DNA of 43,546 nt, from positions 1 through 43,546 of the forward strand of contig JBLNGI010000320.1 of NCBI GenBank assembly GCA_050264615.1. Reading direction: 5' to 3'. Source of the stretch: Gemmatimonadota bacterium. GTDB lineage: Bacteria; Gemmatimonadota; Gemmatimonadetes; Gemmatimonadales; GWC2-71-9. Under the pieces are notes generated by a model. That model was not told the DNA's origin. It searched no databases and saw only the letters and a list, made by a program, of their open reading frames with translations. Below are positions 41,384 to 43,546 of the stretch, one piece after another. Each line of letters opens with the position of its first letter. Position 1 is the stretch's first letter. The translations under genes and the position numbers were made by a program.

Positions 41384-42600
41384 CGGGCCACCTCACCGCT
41401 GACGCGCGCCGGGAAATGCGTGGCCGCGAGCACGTCGTCGATCGACTTGAACGGCAACGAGAAATGCGGGCGCCCGGTGAACACGACGAACAGGAAGTTG
41501 AGCCCCGACGCGACCACCTGGAGCACCGGCAATGAGATGAGCTCGAACAGCTTGCGCGCTTCCTGACGGAACCACTCCCGCTCGGCCTTGATCGCGGCAA
41601 TCGGGCCCTTCCAGTAGTCGGCCATGGCCGGAGCGGCGCCCTGACCGCCGGCGTGTTCACTCATGGGCTGGCGACCCAACACGGCGATCAGCGCCGGCGC
41701 GCCGAAGCGGCCGAACAGGAACCACGTCATGCCGCGCACACCCACCCACGCGAAGAACGCGAGGCCCAACGTCCCCGCGACACCGAGGGTGACGCCCTGC
41801 TGCGCGAGCCACGGCGTCATCGCGTCGACGAGCTCACGATACAGGAACAGGACCTCGAACATCGCGACCGAGATCTCGACCAGGATCATGAAGACGATAT
41901 TGCCCGTCTGGCGCTCCTTGATGGCGTCATTGAGCACCTGAATACACGCGAACGATCCGGCGATGATGATCGCGAGGAAGATCCACAGCATGAGGGTCAG
42001 TGCGAACGCGTTGACCTCATACCCCGTGAGATCCGCGAGCAGCTCGCTCATCGTGGGCTTCAGGGTGAATGTGAAGATCGTGGCTTCGACGGCCGACCAC
42101 ACGATCAGCAGCACGAACGCGGGCCAGGGAACGCCCGGCCGGCGCGACGTCGCGTCGAGCATGGCGAGCGGCGACGTGATGGCGCCCTTGAGGGTACCGA
42201 CGATCAACCGGAAGGTCAGTTTCACCAGGCTCCCCACCCAGCCCACGAACTCGACCACGAAGCGCAGCAGGCCGGCCCAGTAGAACCACACCATGCGCAG
42301 CCCATCCCACCACGCCAGGGCGACCGACTGCATCAGCGTGACCGAACGCCCGAGCCGGAAGGGAATCGTATAGAGCGACACCATCGTTCCCCAGATCGCG
42401 GCCACGAACACCGCCGCGGGGAGGATGAGCAGAACGGACATGCCGGCGAGTGTCCAGAACGAATCGCCCTGGAGCACGAACTCGAAAACGCGGCGCTGAA
42501 ATGGGACAATCCACGCGAGTCCTGCCATCACCCAGTCGAACAGCTGCGACAAGATGAAGGCCCACTGCTGGGTTTGCGCGGCGTTGGTGACGTCTTGCAT
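41380..42600 (-). CDS. polytopic inner-membrane protein of unknown family
   Basis: 406-aa ORF with about 7-8 hydrophobic segments and a C-terminal soluble tail of about 95 aa. I recognise no family motif. Confidence 0.6.
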   Translation of the reverse strand: MQDVTNAAQTQQWAFILSQLFDWVMAGLAWIVPFQRRVFEFVLQGDSFWTLAGMSVLLILPAAVFVAAIWGTMVSLYTIPFRLGRSVTLMQSVALAWWDGLRMVWFYWAGLLRFVVEFVGWVGSLVKLTFRLIVGTLKGAITSPLAMLDATSRRPGVPWPAFVLLIVWSAVEATIFTFTLKPTMSELLADLTGYEVNAFALTLMLWIFLAIIIAGSFACIQVLNDAIKERQTGNIVFMILVEISVAMFEVLFLYRELVDAMTPWLAQQGVTLGVAGTLGLAFFAWVGVRGMTWFLFGRFGAPALIAVLGRQPMSEHAGGQGAAPAMADYWKGPIAAIKAEREWFRQEARKLFELISLPVLQVVASGLNFLFVVFTGRPHFSLPFKSIDDVLAATHFPARVSGEVAR

Positions 42601-42636
42601 AGGCGCTCCAGAGAGGGGAATTCAGCGGGCCTCATT

Positions 42637-42731
42637 GTTATAAACGGGACGGGACAAGTCAAGCAAAGGGAGCGTGACGGACGTCACGGGCGTCGTGCGA
42701 CTTGCGCAAAACGCCCATGAAAGGCTAAACA
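42637..42731. promoter_or_regulatory. back-to-back sigma70-like promoter candidates flanking a 7-2-7 palindrome
   Basis: Minus strand: TTGCTT (42661-42666) -N18- TATAAC (42637-42642). Plus strand: TTGCGC (42702-42707) -N18- TAAACA (42726-42731), only 6 nt before GTG 42738, so possibly leaderless. The palindrome CGTGACG-GA-CGTCACG at 42673-42688 lies between the two -35 boxes. Confidence 0.3.
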
Positions 42732-42737
42732 TCTGGC

Positions 42738-43109
42738 GTGTCGGAGGACCCGAAGCGGCTGATCGTCGTCGGCGACCGTGTGCTGATCACGCCCGAGGAG
42801 GGCGAGGAGCGCACGAACGTGGGCCTGTTCCTACCGCCGTCGGCGATCGAAGGACGCCAGGTGCAGGGTGGCCGCATCGTCGCGACGGGGCCCGGGACGC
42901 CGATGGCGGAGCCGGCCAGCATGGATGAAGAGCCCTGGAAGCTCGGCGGCGGCGGCGCTGATGTGAAGTATCTGCCGATGCAGGCCGAGGCCGGCGACTA
43001 CGCGCTGTTCTTCCGGAAGGCCGCGGTCGAGATCACGTTCGAGAACAAGACGTATCTCGTCGTGCCACAGGCTGCGATACTCGTTCTCGTGCGAGGCAAG
43101 CATGGCTGA
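42738..43109 (+). CDS. GroES/Cpn10-family protein with a large internal insertion; no adjacent groEL
   Basis: 123-aa ORF with a GTG start. VVGDRVLITPEEGEERTNVGLFLPPSA...GGRIVATGPG matches the GroES core and mobile loop. About 25 extra residues (TPMAEPASMDEEPWKLGGGGADVKY) precede the GDYALF strand. Confidence 0.6.
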   Translation: MSEDPKRLIVVGDRVLITPEEGEERTNVGLFLPPSAIEGRQVQGGRIVATGPGTPMAEPASMDEEPWKLGGGGADVKYLPMQAEAGDYALFFRKAAVEITFENKTYLVVPQAAILVLVRGKHG

Positions 43110-43419
43110 CATCGGTTGGGCACGCAGTCGCGGTGGCCGGGCGGAAGGCCAGGGCCTGCGGCGCGGGGCCTGGTATCGCGTGGTCGAGGATTCCAATAAG
43201 GATTACGTCGTTGTGGACGTGCATCACGTCGAGATCCGCGTTCCCAAGGGCGATCTCGACATCCGCGGCCAGCGGCCGACGTCGTGGAGCGTGGTGCGCC
43301 AGCCGCATCTCGTCTGTCCGGGTTGTTCGAGCCGCGCCGTCGTTCCGGAAGGAATGAAGGACGCGAAGTGCAATGAATGCAGCCGCGTCTACCCGATCGA
43401 TTGGAAGGACGCCGGCTAG
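43102..43419 (+). CDS. small Zn-ribbon protein, function unknown
   Basis: 105-aa ORF overlapping the GroES-like stop by 8 nt. CPGC-N16-CNEC four-Cys motif near the C-terminus. Confidence 0.5.
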   Translation: MADIGWARSRGGRAEGQGLRRGAWYRVVEDSNKDYVVVDVHHVEIRVPKGDLDIRGQRPTSWSVVRQPHLVCPGCSSRAVVPEGMKDAKCNECSRVYPIDWKDAG

Positions 43420-43439
43420 AGCTCGAGGCCTCCTCGAGG

Positions 43440-43546
43440 CTACGGCACCGGAGGGGGCAGCTGCATCCGGAGATTGTGCACGAGGAACGCCCAGCGGTCG
43501 GTCTGCTCCTCGATGATCTTGGCCGTCGGCTTCCCGGCGCCATGGC
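43440..43546 (-). CDS. 3' end of a truncated CDS (possibly an alpha/beta-hydrolase or S9 peptidase C-terminus)
   Basis: The reverse strand reads ...HGAGKPTAKIIEEQTDRWAFLVHNLRMQLPPPVP*. The HG-containing tail resembles the catalytic-His region of S9-type hydrolases. Only 34 aa are visible. Confidence 0.3.
   Translation of the reverse strand, partial: HGAGKPTAKIIEEQTDRWAFLVHNLRMQLPPPVP

Noticed and set aside
42601-42737. CIRCE (HrcA) operator or sigma32 promoter upstream of the GroES-like gene
   Set aside because: No TTAGCACTC-N9-GAGTGCTAA-like inverted repeat is present. The CTTG...CCCAT spacing is far too short for a sigma32 promoter.
43420-43440. Bidirectional terminator hairpin between convergent genes (ctcgagg-cct-cctcgag)
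   Set aside because: The stem is only 7 bp with a 3-nt loop and no flanking U/A tracts. It is also partly explained by a self-complementary CTCGAG site, so it is too weak to call.

Overview
The window is a 43.5-kb stretch of a very GC-rich (~68%) bacterial chromosome that is almost entirely coding. Gene content suggests a Gemmatimonadota-like or similar soil lineage, but that is inference only. I see no rRNA, tRNA, CRISPR array, integrase or transposase.

Gene order is as follows.
- Minus strand: truA-tal-purB-purC.
- trpD, convergent with lexA.
- Plus strand: trpC-trpB-[HEAT-repeat protein]-[HD-GYP]-trpA-[polytopic GAF-MCP]-folK-panB-[heptamer array]-[small charged ORF]-panC-yqeK-like-LytR_C.
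- Minus strand: rlmN plus an outer-membrane barrel protein.
- A roughly 22-kb co-directional gene train: ptsN, aspS, phoH, pgpH, ybeY, 2x CorC/CNNM, mgtE, meaB, mutase large subunit, eRF1-like baeRF, mutase B12 subunit, acyl-CoA carboxyltransferase, TPPII-like S8 lipoprotein protease, AtuA-like pair, enoyl-CoA hydratase, bacilliredoxin, methyltransferase.
- An uncharacterised divergent locus: polytopic membrane protein plus VWA lipoprotein on one side, and an insertion-bearing GroES paralog plus Zn-ribbon protein on the other.

Most neighbouring genes overlap by 4-8 nt (ATGA/GTGA), so adjacency alone is weak functional evidence.

The most noteworthy observations are these.
1. A c-di-GMP-type pair (HEAT protein plus HD-GYP, sharing a paralogous N-domain) splits trpB from trpA, and a GAF-MCP is coupled to the trpA stop.
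2. An eRF1/Pelota/Vms1-like (baeRF) gene sits between the two subunits of a B12 mutase.
3. A dispersed family of 7-8-nt tandem repeats occurs at four loci. It includes a 12-unit AT-rich heptamer array and a palindromic octamer-repeat element inserted in frame inside meaB.
4. The membrane/VWA versus GroES-like/Zn-ribbon divergent locus has a palindrome between back-to-back promoter-like motifs.

None of these can be shown to be a new system from sequence alone. All product calls rest on motif recognition by eye, with no database search.
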